This document shows positions 1 through 8,952 of a stretch of DNA of 64,000 nt, one piece after another. Source of the DNA: an uncultured Roseateles sp. (lineage in GTDB: Bacteria > Pseudomonadota > Gammaproteobacteria > Burkholderiales > Burkholderiaceae_C). Below the pieces are notes generated by a model. That model made no database searches. It was not told where the DNA came from and saw only the letters and a list, made by a program, of their open reading frames with translations. The translations under genes and the position numbers were made by a program. Where the stretch lies: positions 1,644 through 65,643 of the forward strand of contig CAMFJS010000017.1 in NCBI GenBank assembly GCA_945956965.1, read 5' to 3'. Position 1 is the first letter of the stretch; the number at the start of each line of letters is the position of its first letter.

Positions 1-1
1 C

Positions 2-55
2 CAGGCGGGCGGCATCTGGACCTTCGACGGCAATGTCGACCTGAGTGCCGAGTAG
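2..55 (+). CDS. 3' end of an unidentified CDS entering from the left edge
   Basis: The frame is open from the window edge to TAG 53-55 (...QAGGIWTFDGNVDLSAE*). 15 of 17 codons end in G/C, as in confirmed genes here. Too short to name. Confidence 0.3.
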   Translation, partial: QAGGIWTFDGNVDLSAE

Positions 56-206
56 GGCGCGTGAGTCACGCCGCTGCTGCAATGAAGGCAAAGCGCTCGA
101 TTGAGCAATGCCCAAGCCAGCCAGACCCAGCAGGGGAACAAGCGACATCAACTGGCGCCGTTTCAGACCAGCTGCTTTCAAGGGCATTGTGCTCACGCTA
201 CGCCCC

Positions 207-635
207 TCACTTCGACAGCGACACCATATGGTCAACAGCTGCCTTCACCTCATCGTCACTCAAGGTGCTGCCACCACCTCGAGGGGGCATCATGCCTTTG
301 GCGCCGGTGAAGCCTTCGATGGCGTGCTTGTACAAAGTCTCGTTGCCCTGAGCGATGCGAGGGCCCCAGTCGGCCTTGTCACCAGGCTTGGGGGCACCGG
401 CCACACCTGCGGCATGGCACATGGCGCAGGTCTTGCCAAACACCGACTTGCCCAACGCATTCTCGGGCGCGGTACTGGCGGGGGCAGGCGCTGCTGCCAC
501 GCTTGTGCTGGCTGCTGGCGTCGCGGTGTTGGCCGTTGAGTCGCCTTCCTTCTGGCCGCAGGCGGCCAGGGAGAGCAGGGCGGCCGCAGAGACACCGACG
601 GCGAATGACTTGCAAATGAGGCGCATGGTTTTCAT
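207..635 (-). CDS. lipoprotein-anchored class I c-type cytochrome (cytochrome c5-like)
   Basis: 142 aa with ATG at 635. Lipobox LSLAAC, an Ala/Pro/Thr-rich linker, a single haem motif CAMCH and a distal MMPPRGG Met-ligand region. Confidence 0.85.
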   Translation of the reverse strand: MKTMRLICKSFAVGVSAAALLSLAACGQKEGDSTANTATPAASTSVAAAPAPASTAPENALGKSVFGKTCAMCHAAGVAGAPKPGDKADWGPRIAQGNETLYKHAIEGFTGAKGMMPPRGGGSTLSDDEVKAAVDHMVSLSK

Positions 636-745
636 GTCAATCAGCTTTCGAATAGGAGTTTTCGGCGCGATTCTAGGAAGCCGATGCCGGCCATAATAGG
701 GGCGAATTTGTTTATTTGCGACCTTCCTGGGCTTATTTGAATTCC

Positions 746-759
746 TTAACTTGGTTCAA
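746..759. promoter_or_regulatory. CRP/FNR-family (Dnr/Nnr-type) box upstream of the DUF2946-like gene and nosZ
   Basis: TTAACTTGGTTCAA with flanks tCC...AAGGc. It shares the extended pattern CCTTnA-N6-TCAAGG with 11 other sites in the window. Centre is 74.5 bp upstream of ATG 827. AAGAAT lies at the position expected for a -10 if the TSS is ~794. Confidence 0.5.
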
Positions 760-826
760 GGCGGGGCGCAGGGCGAGTGGAAAGAATCCGGCAACTTCTT
801 CAAGAGCAATCGCCCACCACCAAGCC

Positions 827-1204
827 ATGCCTAACTACCCATTCAATCGCTGCCTGCGAGCCTGGGTCTTGGCGTGGCTGCTGGTGACATTGGGCGTTGC
901 CAGTGCAGCGCCTTTGATGCATGCAGGCCAGCTTGAGTGGGTTTGCTCCGCCAGCGGGCAGGCCAAGCTGGTGCAAGTCAGCGGAGACGCCGACGCGCAA
1001 CAAGGCGCAGCACTGCACGCCGCTGGCACCCTGCAGTGTCCTAACTGCCTATTGGGCGGTCCTTTGCCGACTTGTGCACTGGCGCCGCCCCATTCACCAC
1101 CCCAAACCAGTCGATTGCATTTGCCGGGCAGCGACGCGAGCCCAGCGCTATTCACCACCGTGCCGCCCCCGGCGCGCGGCCCACCAACGTCCATCCAAGC
1201 CTGA
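827..1204 (+). CDS. small secreted Cys/His protein, DUF2946-like
   Basis: 125 aa from ATG 827; the track start at 716 is a TTG and would include the regulatory box. Signal peptide AWVLAWLLVTLGVASA/AP. Motifs EWVCSASG and HAAGTLQCPNC, with a C-terminal PPPARGPP. This is the pattern I recall for DUF2946, but it was not verified by HMM. Confidence 0.6.
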   Translation: MPNYPFNRCLRAWVLAWLLVTLGVASAAPLMHAGQLEWVCSASGQAKLVQVSGDADAQQGAALHAAGTLQCPNCLLGGPLPTCALAPPHSPPQTSRLHLPGSDASPALFTTVPPPARGPPTSIQA

Positions 1205-1215
1205 AGAGGAACATC

Positions 1216-3150
1216 ATGAGCGAGCAAGACAAGAAGAACGAAAACAATGGCGGAGGCGTGTTGGCACGTCGCCGCTTCATGAACAGCGCCGCCCTGGCGG
1301 GCCTGAGCATTGGTGCGATCGCCTGTACCGACAAGGCCGCCAGCAACGCCGCGGCGCCCGCGGCCTCCGGCGCCGCGCCTGCACATGGCGGTAGCGCCAG
1401 CAACGCCTCGCACCTGAAGCCGGGCGAACTGGACACCTATTACGGTCTGTGGAGCGGTGGCCACACCGGTGATATGCGGGTGCTGGGCCTGCCTTCGGGC
1501 CGCGAGATCACGCGCATCCCTTGCTTCGTTCCTGACGCGCTGGTCGGCTGGGGCATCACCAATGAATCCAAGAAGGTGATGGGCACCAAGGCCGACGGCA
1601 GCCTGAAATACACCGTCGCCGACACCCACCACACCCACGCCTCCTACAAGGACGGCAACTACGACGGCCGCTACGCCTGGATCAACGACAAGATCAACAG
1701 CCGCATCGCCCGCATCCGCCTGGACTACTTTGTCTGCGACAAGATCACCGAGCTGCCCAATGTGCAGGGCTTCCACGGCATCTTCCCGGACAAGGCCGAC
1801 CCGGTCGATCCCAAGATCAACTACACCACCCGCGTCTTCTGCGGCGCCGAGTTCTCGATCCCGCTGCCCAATACGGTGGGCACCGAAGACGGCACGAAGT
1901 ACCACTCGCTGTTCACCTGCGTGGACGCCGAGAGCATGGACGTGCGCTGGCAGGTGCTGATCGACGGCAACTGCGACCTGACTGCCACCTCGTATGACGG
2001 CAAGCTGGCCGCCACCAACCAGTACAACACCGAGATGGGCGTGCACTACGAGGACATGATGTCCGCCGAGCGCGATGCCTGCTTGTTCTTCAACATCGCC
2101 CGCATCGAAGAGGCCGTCAAGGCCGGCAAGTTCAAGACCTATGGCGACTCCAAGGTGCCGGTGGTGGACGGCACCCATGCCGCCAACAAAGACGCCAAGA
2201 CCGCGCTGACCGCCTATGTCTCGGTGCCCAAGAACCCGCACGGCGTGAACGCCAGCCCGGATGCCAAGTACTTCATCTGCGCCGGCAAGCTCTCGCCCAC
2301 CGGCACCGTGATCGAACTCGCCAAGGTGCTGGATTACTTCGACGGCAAGCTGGACTCGCCGGACAAGGCCATCGTCGCCGAGGTCGAACTCGGCCTGGGC
2401 CCCTTGCACACCGCTTTTGACGGCCGCGGCAACGCCTACACCACCCTGTTCCTGGACAGCCAGGTGGTGAAGTGGAATGTCGAAGCCGCCATCAAATTCC
2501 ACGCCGGCGACAAGAGCGCCAAATACGTGGTCGACCGCATCGACGTGCAATACCAGCCCGGCCACTTGAACGCCAGCCAGTCGGAGACGCGCGCCGCCGA
2601 CGGCAAGTATCTGGCCGTCGGTTGCAAATTCTCCAAGGACCGCTTCCTGCCGGTTGGCCCGCTGCACCCGGAGAACGAGCAGTTCATCGACATCTCCGGC
2701 GACAAGATGGTCTTGCTGGCCGACCACCCGGTGCGCGGCGAGCCGCATGACTTCATCATCTTCAAGCGCGATCTGCTCAAGCCCAAGCAGGTCTACAACC
2801 TCGACGAGTTCCCGCTCGCCACCAAGGATCCGAAGGACTCCGGCGTGGTGCGCAATGGCAAGAAGGTCACCGTGCGACTGACCTCGCAGGCCCCGGCCTT
2901 CAGCCTGCGCGAGTTCAAGGTGAAGAAGGGTGATGAGGTCACCTTGATCCTGACCAATCTGGACAAGATCGAAGACTTGACGCACGGCTTCGCGATCCCG
3001 AAGTACAACGTCAACTTCATCGTCAATCCGCTGGAGACGGCCTCGGTCACCTTTATTGCCGACAAGCCGGGCGTGTTCTGGTGCTATTGCACCCACTTCT
3101 GCCATGCGCTGCACCTTGAAATGCGCACCCGCATGATTGTGGAAGCCTAA
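1216..3150 (+). CDS. nosZ: nitrous-oxide reductase, clade I (Tat-exported)
   Basis: 644 aa from ATG 1216 with GAAGAGGA upstream; the track start at 1072 is an upstream extension. Tat signal RRRFMNSAALAG. C-terminal CuA motif CYCTHFCHALHLEM. Confidence 0.97.
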   Translation: MSEQDKKNENNGGGVLARRRFMNSAALAGLSIGAIACTDKAASNAAAPAASGAAPAHGGSASNASHLKPGELDTYYGLWSGGHTGDMRVLGLPSGREITRIPCFVPDALVGWGITNESKKVMGTKADGSLKYTVADTHHTHASYKDGNYDGRYAWINDKINSRIARIRLDYFVCDKITELPNVQGFHGIFPDKADPVDPKINYTTRVFCGAEFSIPLPNTVGTEDGTKYHSLFTCVDAESMDVRWQVLIDGNCDLTATSYDGKLAATNQYNTEMGVHYEDMMSAERDACLFFNIARIEEAVKAGKFKTYGDSKVPVVDGTHAANKDAKTALTAYVSVPKNPHGVNASPDAKYFICAGKLSPTGTVIELAKVLDYFDGKLDSPDKAIVAEVELGLGPLHTAFDGRGNAYTTLFLDSQVVKWNVEAAIKFHAGDKSAKYVVDRIDVQYQPGHLNASQSETRAADGKYLAVGCKFSKDRFLPVGPLHPENEQFIDISGDKMVLLADHPVRGEPHDFIIFKRDLLKPKQVYNLDEFPLATKDPKDSGVVRNGKKVTVRLTSQAPAFSLREFKVKKGDEVTLILTNLDKIEDLTHGFAIPKYNVNFIVNPLETASVTFIADKPGVFWCYCTHFCHALHLEMRTRMIVEA

Positions 3151-3209
3151 AAGAGGGCCTAGCAACAGCCCCCGGTGGCGTGCGGACTCGAGCCCCGCCG
3201 CCACCTTGC

Positions 3210-3235
3210 GGACGGGCGCCATTCGGCGCTCGTCC
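3210..3235 (+). terminator. GC-rich stem-loop between nosZ and nosR (possible partial terminator or 3' stabiliser)
   Basis: GGACGgGCGCC-attc-GGCGCtCGTCC lies 60 nt after the nosZ stop. No U-tract follows, so it is not a canonical intrinsic terminator. Confidence 0.2.
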
Positions 3236-3253
3236 GGCCGACAGGAAGAGTAG

Positions 3254-5887
3254 ATGAAACCGCATAGCCATGGATTGGCGGCCAAATTGGGGAGCCTCCT
3301 CCAATTGGCCGCATTTTTTCTGGCGCTGGTCCTGGGCGCAGAAGCCGCCCAGGCCAGCGCCGGCGCCTACGAGGCCGCCTTGCCGGCCGAACTGGCCACG
3401 GCCAAGGATATGTGCGCCTTGCTGCCTTGCAAGGACGTCTTTCCCGGCGCCAAGAGCTTCTCCGAGCGGCTCGGCTCGCCGCCTTATGTGAAGGCGCTGG
3501 GCGAGGCCGACAAGCTGCTCGGCTATGTGATGCTATCCACCGACATCACCGACACGCCGGCCTATTCCGGCAAGCCGGTGGTGACCCTGATCGGCATGGA
3601 CCTGAAGGGGCACTTTGTCGGCATCAAGGTGCTCAAGCATTCGGAGCCGATTCTGCTGCTGGGCATCCCGGAATCGGCGCTGCTGAAATTCAATGATCAA
3701 TATCTCGGCAAGTCGGTGGCCGACAAGATCGAGGTTGGCCAAACCCGTCCGGACGAGAACGTACTCGGCGTTGACGCGATCTCCGGCGCCACCGTCACGG
3801 TGATCGCTCAGAACCAGGTCTTGATGGCCTCAGGCCAGGCGGTGGCCAAGCAGGTTGGCATCTTGGCGCCGACGGTGCGCGATCCGGCCCGTTACGCCCA
3901 GACCGAGCGGCGCTTCGACTGGGCGCAACTGGTCAAGCTCGGCGCCGTGCAACGCCTGCGGGTCAGCCCCGAGCAGGTCGGGCTGCCGCGCGGCTCCGAG
4001 CCCTTTATCGAACTCTGGTTTGGCGACTTGAACCACCCCGCCATCGGCGCCAGCTTGATGGGTGCCAACAACTGGGCCAATCTGCGTTCGCGCATGAAGG
4101 AGAGTGAACACGCCTTCTTCATCATCCGCACGGCCGGCATCGAATCCTTCAAGGGCTCGGGCTTTGTGCGCGGCGGCATTTACGACCGAGTGCAGGTCAA
4201 ACAAGGCGCCGACTCTTTCACCTTCCGTGATCTGGACTACTTGAACCTCTACGGCCTGGAGGTGGCTGGCGCGCCGGAGTTCAACGAATCGGCCATCTTC
4301 ATCATTCGCTCCAAATCCTTCTCTGCCGCTTATCCCTGGCAATTGGCCTTCCTGGGCAACCGGGTGGACCGGGCCACCGGTACGCGCAGCTTCGCCAACT
4401 TCGACAGCAAATATTGGCTGGCCGCCGAGTTGCTGGAGGGCGGCCGCCCAGTGGTGGTGGAGGCCGACGCCCCTTGGGTGCGCGTCTGGAAGACACGCGC
4501 GGTTGAGATCGGCCTCTTCATCGCCCTGCTGGTCAGCGTGACCGTGGTTTACGCCTTGCGCGAAAAGCTGACCCGGCTTTCCACCCACAAGAACAAATGG
4601 CCGGTCAATGCCTTCAAGTACACGGCCTGGGGCTTGAGCATCGCCTTTGTCGGCTTCGGCGCGATGGCGCAGCCTTCCATCACCCAGGTGCTGACCTGGT
4701 TCCATTCTCTGCTGTTCCAGTGGACCTGGTCGCTGTTCCTGTCCGACCCCTTCATCTTCGTGTTCTGGATCTTCATCATCCTCACCGTCTTCTTGTTCGG
4801 GCGCGGCCTGTTCTGCGGCTGGATGTGCCCGTTTGGCTCGCTGTCCGAGGCGATCTACAAGGTCGGCGAGAAGATCGGGCTGAAGCGCTTCCAGGGCCAT
4901 CTGCCGAACGCCTGGCATCAGCGGCTGAAGTGGCTCAAGTACGCGATCTTCTTCGGCCTGCTGGTGATCTCGATGTTCTCGATGGGCCTGGCCGAAAAGC
5001 TGGCCGAGGTGGAACCGTTCAAGACCACATTCTTGGTCGGCATCACGAACCGGGCCTGGCCTTATGGTCTCTTCGTCGCCACGCTGCTGGGACTCTCGCT
5101 TTTCATTGAACGACCCTATTGCAAATACATCTGCCCACTCGGCGCGGCCCTGGCCATGCCCAGCACCTTCCGCTGGTTCGGCCTGAAGCGCAAGCAGGAC
5201 TGCAATAGCTGCAAGGCTTGCGCGGTCGGTTGCGGCTCGCTGGCGATTGATGCGGCCGGCCGCATCGACCATCGCGAATGCCTGCACTGCCTGGATTGCA
5301 TGATTCTCTACACCGATGTGAAGGGCTGCCCGCCCCTGGCCAAGGAGCGCAAGCGCCGCGAGCGCGACGGTCTGCTGATCACCCCGATCGGCCGCGATGG
5401 TTATTTCATTCCGATCCAGCCCATCCAAGCCAATGCCATGAGCGAGAAAGTGGCCCAGGGGCCGGACCCGCGCATGCCCACCGACCCGGTGGCGCCGGCC
5501 CACAAGGCCGATGCGCAGGGGCTGAAGTGGCTCTGGGCGGAGTTGGTTGACCATCTCTGGCCCTGGAGCCAGGCCGGCTGGAAGACGCAGAAGGCCTTGC
5601 AGATTGCCGGCTTCTCGCTGGCCCTGGCCGCCACACTGGCCTGGGTGCTGGCCGGCAGCGGGCGCCTGTCGCAAAGCGCCATCATTGCCTGGTGGTTTGG
5701 CTGGAGCGTCTACGAGGTCTTGATCCGCTTGGCGGGCAAGCGCTACGTCAAGGACGGCCCCTGGTGGCAGGCCCACTACCGCCGCGCCTCGGTGATGGAC
5801 ATGCTCAGCTATGTCGGCTTCAAGAATCTGCTGATAGGCGCAGCGCTGTTCCTGGCGCTGAAGGCCAGCGGCCTGATGCTGGCATGA
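3254..5887 (+). CDS. nosR: NosR membrane flavo-iron-sulfur protein with an extra C-terminal membrane tail
   Basis: 877 aa. Signal/anchor, a periplasmic FMN-binding-type domain, a TM block with LFCGWMCPFGSL, and cytoplasmic Cys clusters (CKYICPLG, CNSCKACAVGC, CLHCLDC). An additional tail of ~170 aa has three hydrophobic segments. Confidence 0.93.
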   Translation: MKPHSHGLAAKLGSLLQLAAFFLALVLGAEAAQASAGAYEAALPAELATAKDMCALLPCKDVFPGAKSFSERLGSPPYVKALGEADKLLGYVMLSTDITDTPAYSGKPVVTLIGMDLKGHFVGIKVLKHSEPILLLGIPESALLKFNDQYLGKSVADKIEVGQTRPDENVLGVDAISGATVTVIAQNQVLMASGQAVAKQVGILAPTVRDPARYAQTERRFDWAQLVKLGAVQRLRVSPEQVGLPRGSEPFIELWFGDLNHPAIGASLMGANNWANLRSRMKESEHAFFIIRTAGIESFKGSGFVRGGIYDRVQVKQGADSFTFRDLDYLNLYGLEVAGAPEFNESAIFIIRSKSFSAAYPWQLAFLGNRVDRATGTRSFANFDSKYWLAAELLEGGRPVVVEADAPWVRVWKTRAVEIGLFIALLVSVTVVYALREKLTRLSTHKNKWPVNAFKYTAWGLSIAFVGFGAMAQPSITQVLTWFHSLLFQWTWSLFLSDPFIFVFWIFIILTVFLFGRGLFCGWMCPFGSLSEAIYKVGEKIGLKRFQGHLPNAWHQRLKWLKYAIFFGLLVISMFSMGLAEKLAEVEPFKTTFLVGITNRAWPYGLFVATLLGLSLFIERPYCKYICPLGAALAMPSTFRWFGLKRKQDCNSCKACAVGCGSLAIDAAGRIDHRECLHCLDCMILYTDVKGCPPLAKERKRRERDGLLITPIGRDGYFIPIQPIQANAMSEKVAQGPDPRMPTDPVAPAHKADAQGLKWLWAELVDHLWPWSQAGWKTQKALQIAGFSLALAATLAWVLAGSGRLSQSAIIAWWFGWSVYEVLIRLAGKRYVKDGPWWQAHYRRASVMDMLSYVGFKNLLIGAALFLALKASGLMLA

Positions 5888-7161
5888 GAGTTCTCTCCCT
5901 TCTGTTCTTGGCTCTGCTCGCGCATATGGGCAGCGCGCAGGCGGCCACACTGCGGGTCAAGCCCGGCCAGTCGCTGCAAGAGGCGATTGCCGCCGCCGCG
6001 CCCGGCGATGTGCTGGAGATCGAACGCGGCCTCTATGTGGGCAACTTCCTGATCGACAAGGCGCTGACGCTGCGCGGCATCCATCGCCCGACGCTGAGCG
6101 GCGCCATGAAGGGCGACACCGTGCGCGTCACCGCCGCCGACGTCAGCCTCGAGGGCCTGATCGTGCGCGACTCCGGCAGCAGCCTGAAGGATCAGAACGC
6201 CGGCATCTATATCCGCCCCGGCGCGCACCGGGCGCTGGTGCAGCACTGCGACCTGAGCTACAACCTGTTCGGCCTGTGGATAGAGAAGGCCAACGATGTA
6301 CGCATCGAGCACAACATCATCACCGGCAAACGCGAGCTGAACAGCTCGCAGCGCGGCAACGGCATCCAGCTCTACAACACCCAGGGCGCCCGCATCATCG
6401 GCAACAACATCGGCTTCGTCCGCGATGCGCTCTATGTTGACGTTAGCCATCACGCCATCTTCAAGAGCAATAAGCTGCACCACAGCCGCTACGGCAGCCA
6501 CTATATGAACTCCTACTACAACCTGTGGGAGGACAACGAGAGCTATTACAACCGCGGCGGTCTGGCCCTGATGGAGGTGCGCAACCAGGTGGTGCGCGGC
6601 AACCGCACCTGGGGCAATAGCGACCACGGCATCATGCTGCGCACGCTGCAGGACTCGGTGATCGAGAACAACATCATCGCCGGCAACGCGCGCGGCTTCT
6701 TCATCTACGACGTCGAGTACGCGACGCTGAAGGGCAATCTGGTGGTCGACAACCAAGTCGGCGTGCACCTGTCCGCCGGTTCGACCCGCAATGTGGTCGA
6801 GGGCAATGACTTCATCGCCAACCGCGAGCAGGTGCGCTATGTCGGTGCACGCGATGAGGTCTGGGGTGGTAAGGACAAACGGTCCGGTGGCAACCATTGG
6901 AGCAATTACCTGGGCTGGGACCGCAATGGCGACGGCGTCGGCGATGTGCCCTATGAGGCGAATGACATGGTGGACCGCCTGAGCTGGCGCCATCCGAGCG
7001 TCAAGCTGCTGCTGGCCAGCCCTGCCGTGCAGGCGCTGCGCCTGGTCGGCCAACAATTTCCGGTGCTGCGTGTGCCCAGCGTGGTCGATCCGGCCCCGCG
7101 CATGCAGCCCGGCAACAAGCAATGGAGTGAATGGCGTGACAAGCACTATCCCGGCCAATAA
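5884..7161 (+). CDS. nosD: NosD periplasmic beta-helix (CASH) accessory protein
   Basis: ATG 5884 overlaps the nosR stop (ATGA). Signal peptide LLAHMGSAQA. Repeated N-x-I-x-GN / right-handed beta-helix repeats. Confidence 0.93.
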   Translation: MRVLSLLFLALLAHMGSAQAATLRVKPGQSLQEAIAAAAPGDVLEIERGLYVGNFLIDKALTLRGIHRPTLSGAMKGDTVRVTAADVSLEGLIVRDSGSSLKDQNAGIYIRPGAHRALVQHCDLSYNLFGLWIEKANDVRIEHNIITGKRELNSSQRGNGIQLYNTQGARIIGNNIGFVRDALYVDVSHHAIFKSNKLHHSRYGSHYMNSYYNLWEDNESYYNRGGLALMEVRNQVVRGNRTWGNSDHGIMLRTLQDSVIENNIIAGNARGFFIYDVEYATLKGNLVVDNQVGVHLSAGSTRNVVEGNDFIANREQVRYVGARDEVWGGKDKRSGGNHWSNYLGWDRNGDGVGDVPYEANDMVDRLSWRHPSVKLLLASPAVQALRLVGQQFPVLRVPSVVDPAPRMQPGNKQWSEWRDKHYPGQ

Positions 7162-8137
7162 GGTCAACCCTGCGCCAGCCATCGAGGTGCGCGGCGTCAG
7201 CAAGCATTACGGCGCCATCCACGCAGTGGACGGCGTTGACCTGCGGGTTGAAGCCGGCGAAATCTTCGGCCTGATCGGCCACAACGGCGCCGGCAAGAGC
7301 ACTTTGTTCAAGATGATGTTGGGGCTCACGCCGCTGAGCAGCGGTGAGATCCTGATCGACGGGGGTTCGGTGCGCGGCAGCGGCTTTCGCGCCACCCGCC
7401 GCCGCCTGGGCTATCTGCCCGAGAACGTGGTGCTGTATGACAACCTCAGTGGCCTGGAAACGCTGCGCTTCTTTGCCAAGCTGAAGGGCGCCGATCAGCA
7501 GCAATGCGCGCCAACGCTTGAGCGGGTGGGGCTGGCCCATGCCGGTACGCGCCCCTTGCGTGAATACTCCAAAGGCATGCGGCAACGGCTCGGCTTTGCG
7601 CAAGCGTTGCTGGGCGAACCGCGCGTGCTGTTTCTGGACGAGCCGACCAATGGCCTGGACCCGCAGGCGATCCGCGACTTCTACAGCGTGCTGCAAGACT
7701 TGAAGACCAAGGGCGTGACGGTGTTGATCACCTCGCACATCTTGGCCGAATTGCAGGAGCGCGTGGACCGGCTGGCCATCATGGCGGCCGGCCGCATCCA
7801 GGCGCTCGGCACCGTTCAAGAGCTGCGAGAACAACAGCGTGCGCCGCTGCGCATCGAACTGGGCTTGAGCGAGGTCGATGCGGTGCTGGTGCGCCAGGAG
7901 CTTGGGCGCTTATGGGTTGATGGCAGTGAGGGCCTGGCCTGCCGCAGCACGCCGCAAGGACTCAGCCTGACCTGCCCACGCGAATCCAAGATGGCCGTGC
8001 TGGGCGTGGTCGGCACCTTGGGATCACGCCTGCTCGACTTGAGCCTGCATGAGAGTTCGCTGGAGGATGTGTTCTTCGGCGTTGGCCAGTCGTCGAATGA
8101 AGCCGCGGCGGCCACCGCGGCGGCGGGAGGCCGTTGA
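7136..8137 (+). CDS. nosF: NosF ABC ATPase
   Basis: GTG 7136 is preceded by GGAG with an 8-nt spacer; there is no in-frame ATG before Walker A. Walker A GHNGAGKST, signature YSKGMRQRL, Walker B LFLDEP. It overlaps the nosD 3' end. Confidence 0.9.
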   Translation: MTSTIPANKVNPAPAIEVRGVSKHYGAIHAVDGVDLRVEAGEIFGLIGHNGAGKSTLFKMMLGLTPLSSGEILIDGGSVRGSGFRATRRRLGYLPENVVLYDNLSGLETLRFFAKLKGADQQQCAPTLERVGLAHAGTRPLREYSKGMRQRLGFAQALLGEPRVLFLDEPTNGLDPQAIRDFYSVLQDLKTKGVTVLITSHILAELQERVDRLAIMAAGRIQALGTVQELREQQRAPLRIELGLSEVDAVLVRQELGRLWVDGSEGLACRSTPQGLSLTCPRESKMAVLGVVGTLGSRLLDLSLHESSLEDVFFGVGQSSNEAAAATAAAGGR

Positions 8138-8139
8138 AC

Positions 8140-8952
8140 ATGGAACTGAGTCAAATCTTCACCCTCGCCGGCAAGGAATTCCGCGACCGCATGCGCAACC
8201 GCTGGGTGCTGGCGGTGGCGCTGGTGTTCACCGCCTTCTCGCTGGTGATCACCTATTTTGGCGGTGCCAGCAGCGGCCAAGTCGGCCCGCGCTCGATCGA
8301 GTTCATCATTGCCAGCCTGGTCAGCCTGGTGATCTATCTGATCCCCTTGATCGCCCTGCTGCTGGGCTTTGATGCCATCGTTGGGGAACGCGAACGCGGC
8401 TCGCTGGACCTGCTCTTGGCCCTGCCGATCACCAAGCTGGAGTTGCTGCTGGGCAAATACCTGGGCCTGGCGGCCGCCTTGACGCTGTCCACACTGGGCG
8501 GCTTCGCCCTGGTGGCGGCGCTGCTGTATCAACAGTTTGGCTGGCCCGGTCTGTTCCACTACCTAGGCTTTATGTTCAGCAGCACGCTCTTGGGCCTGGC
8601 CTTTCTGAGCCTGGCGGTGCTCTTGTCGGTGCTCAGCCGCGAGCGCACCCGCGCTTCGGGCCTGGCCATCGCCTTGTGGTTCTTCTTCGTGCTGGTGTTT
8701 GACCTGCTGCTGCTCGGCGCCCTGGTGGCCAGCAGTGGTGAGTTCGGCGGCGAGGCTTTGGCCTATCTGCTGCTGCTCAACCCGGCCGATGTGTTCCGCA
8801 TCCTCAACATCTTTTCGCTCGACGATATGCGCACCCTCTATGGCCTGACCAGCATCGTGCCGCCGGCCCTGGCCAAGCCCTGGCTGATGGGTTTGGTGAT
8901 GGGCAGCTGGATCGTCGTGCCCCTGCTACTGGCTCGCTGGAGATTCAAATGA
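8140..8952 (+). CDS. nosY: NosY ABC-2 type permease
   Basis: ATG 8140 with GGGAGG 9 nt upstream; the track start at 8134 is a TTG. Six hydrophobic segments. Position is between nosF and nosL. Confidence 0.9.
   Translation: MELSQIFTLAGKEFRDRMRNRWVLAVALVFTAFSLVITYFGGASSGQVGPRSIEFIIASLVSLVIYLIPLIALLLGFDAIVGERERGSLDLLLALPITKLELLLGKYLGLAAALTLSTLGGFALVAALLYQQFGWPGLFHYLGFMFSSTLLGLAFLSLAVLLSVLSRERTRASGLAIALWFFFVLVFDLLLLGALVASSGEFGGEALAYLLLLNPADVFRILNIFSLDDMRTLYGLTSIVPPALAKPWLMGLVMGSWIVVPLLLARWRFK

Noticed and set aside
1-148. Minus-strand ORF starting at ATG ~148 with a signal-peptide-like start (MSLVPLLGLAGLGIAQS…) that runs off the left edge.
   Set aside because: Third-position GC is only about 60%, against about 88% for the plus-strand frame that ends at TAG 53-55. 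The plus-strand reading was preferred, and even that only weakly.
835-3285. 816-aa minus-strand ORF antisense to nosZ. Similar long antisense or out-of-frame ORFs include 3830-5950(-), 5809-7203(-), 10381-12192(-), 19103-20281(-), 20155-21252(-), 30869-32080(-), 33741-34946(-), 39816-41279(+) and 47856-48734(+).
   Set aside because: These are shadow ORFs typical of GC-rich DNA. Their translations are Arg/Ala/Gly/Pro-rich with no motifs. The opposite or alternative frame encodes unmistakable denitrification proteins with high third-position GC.
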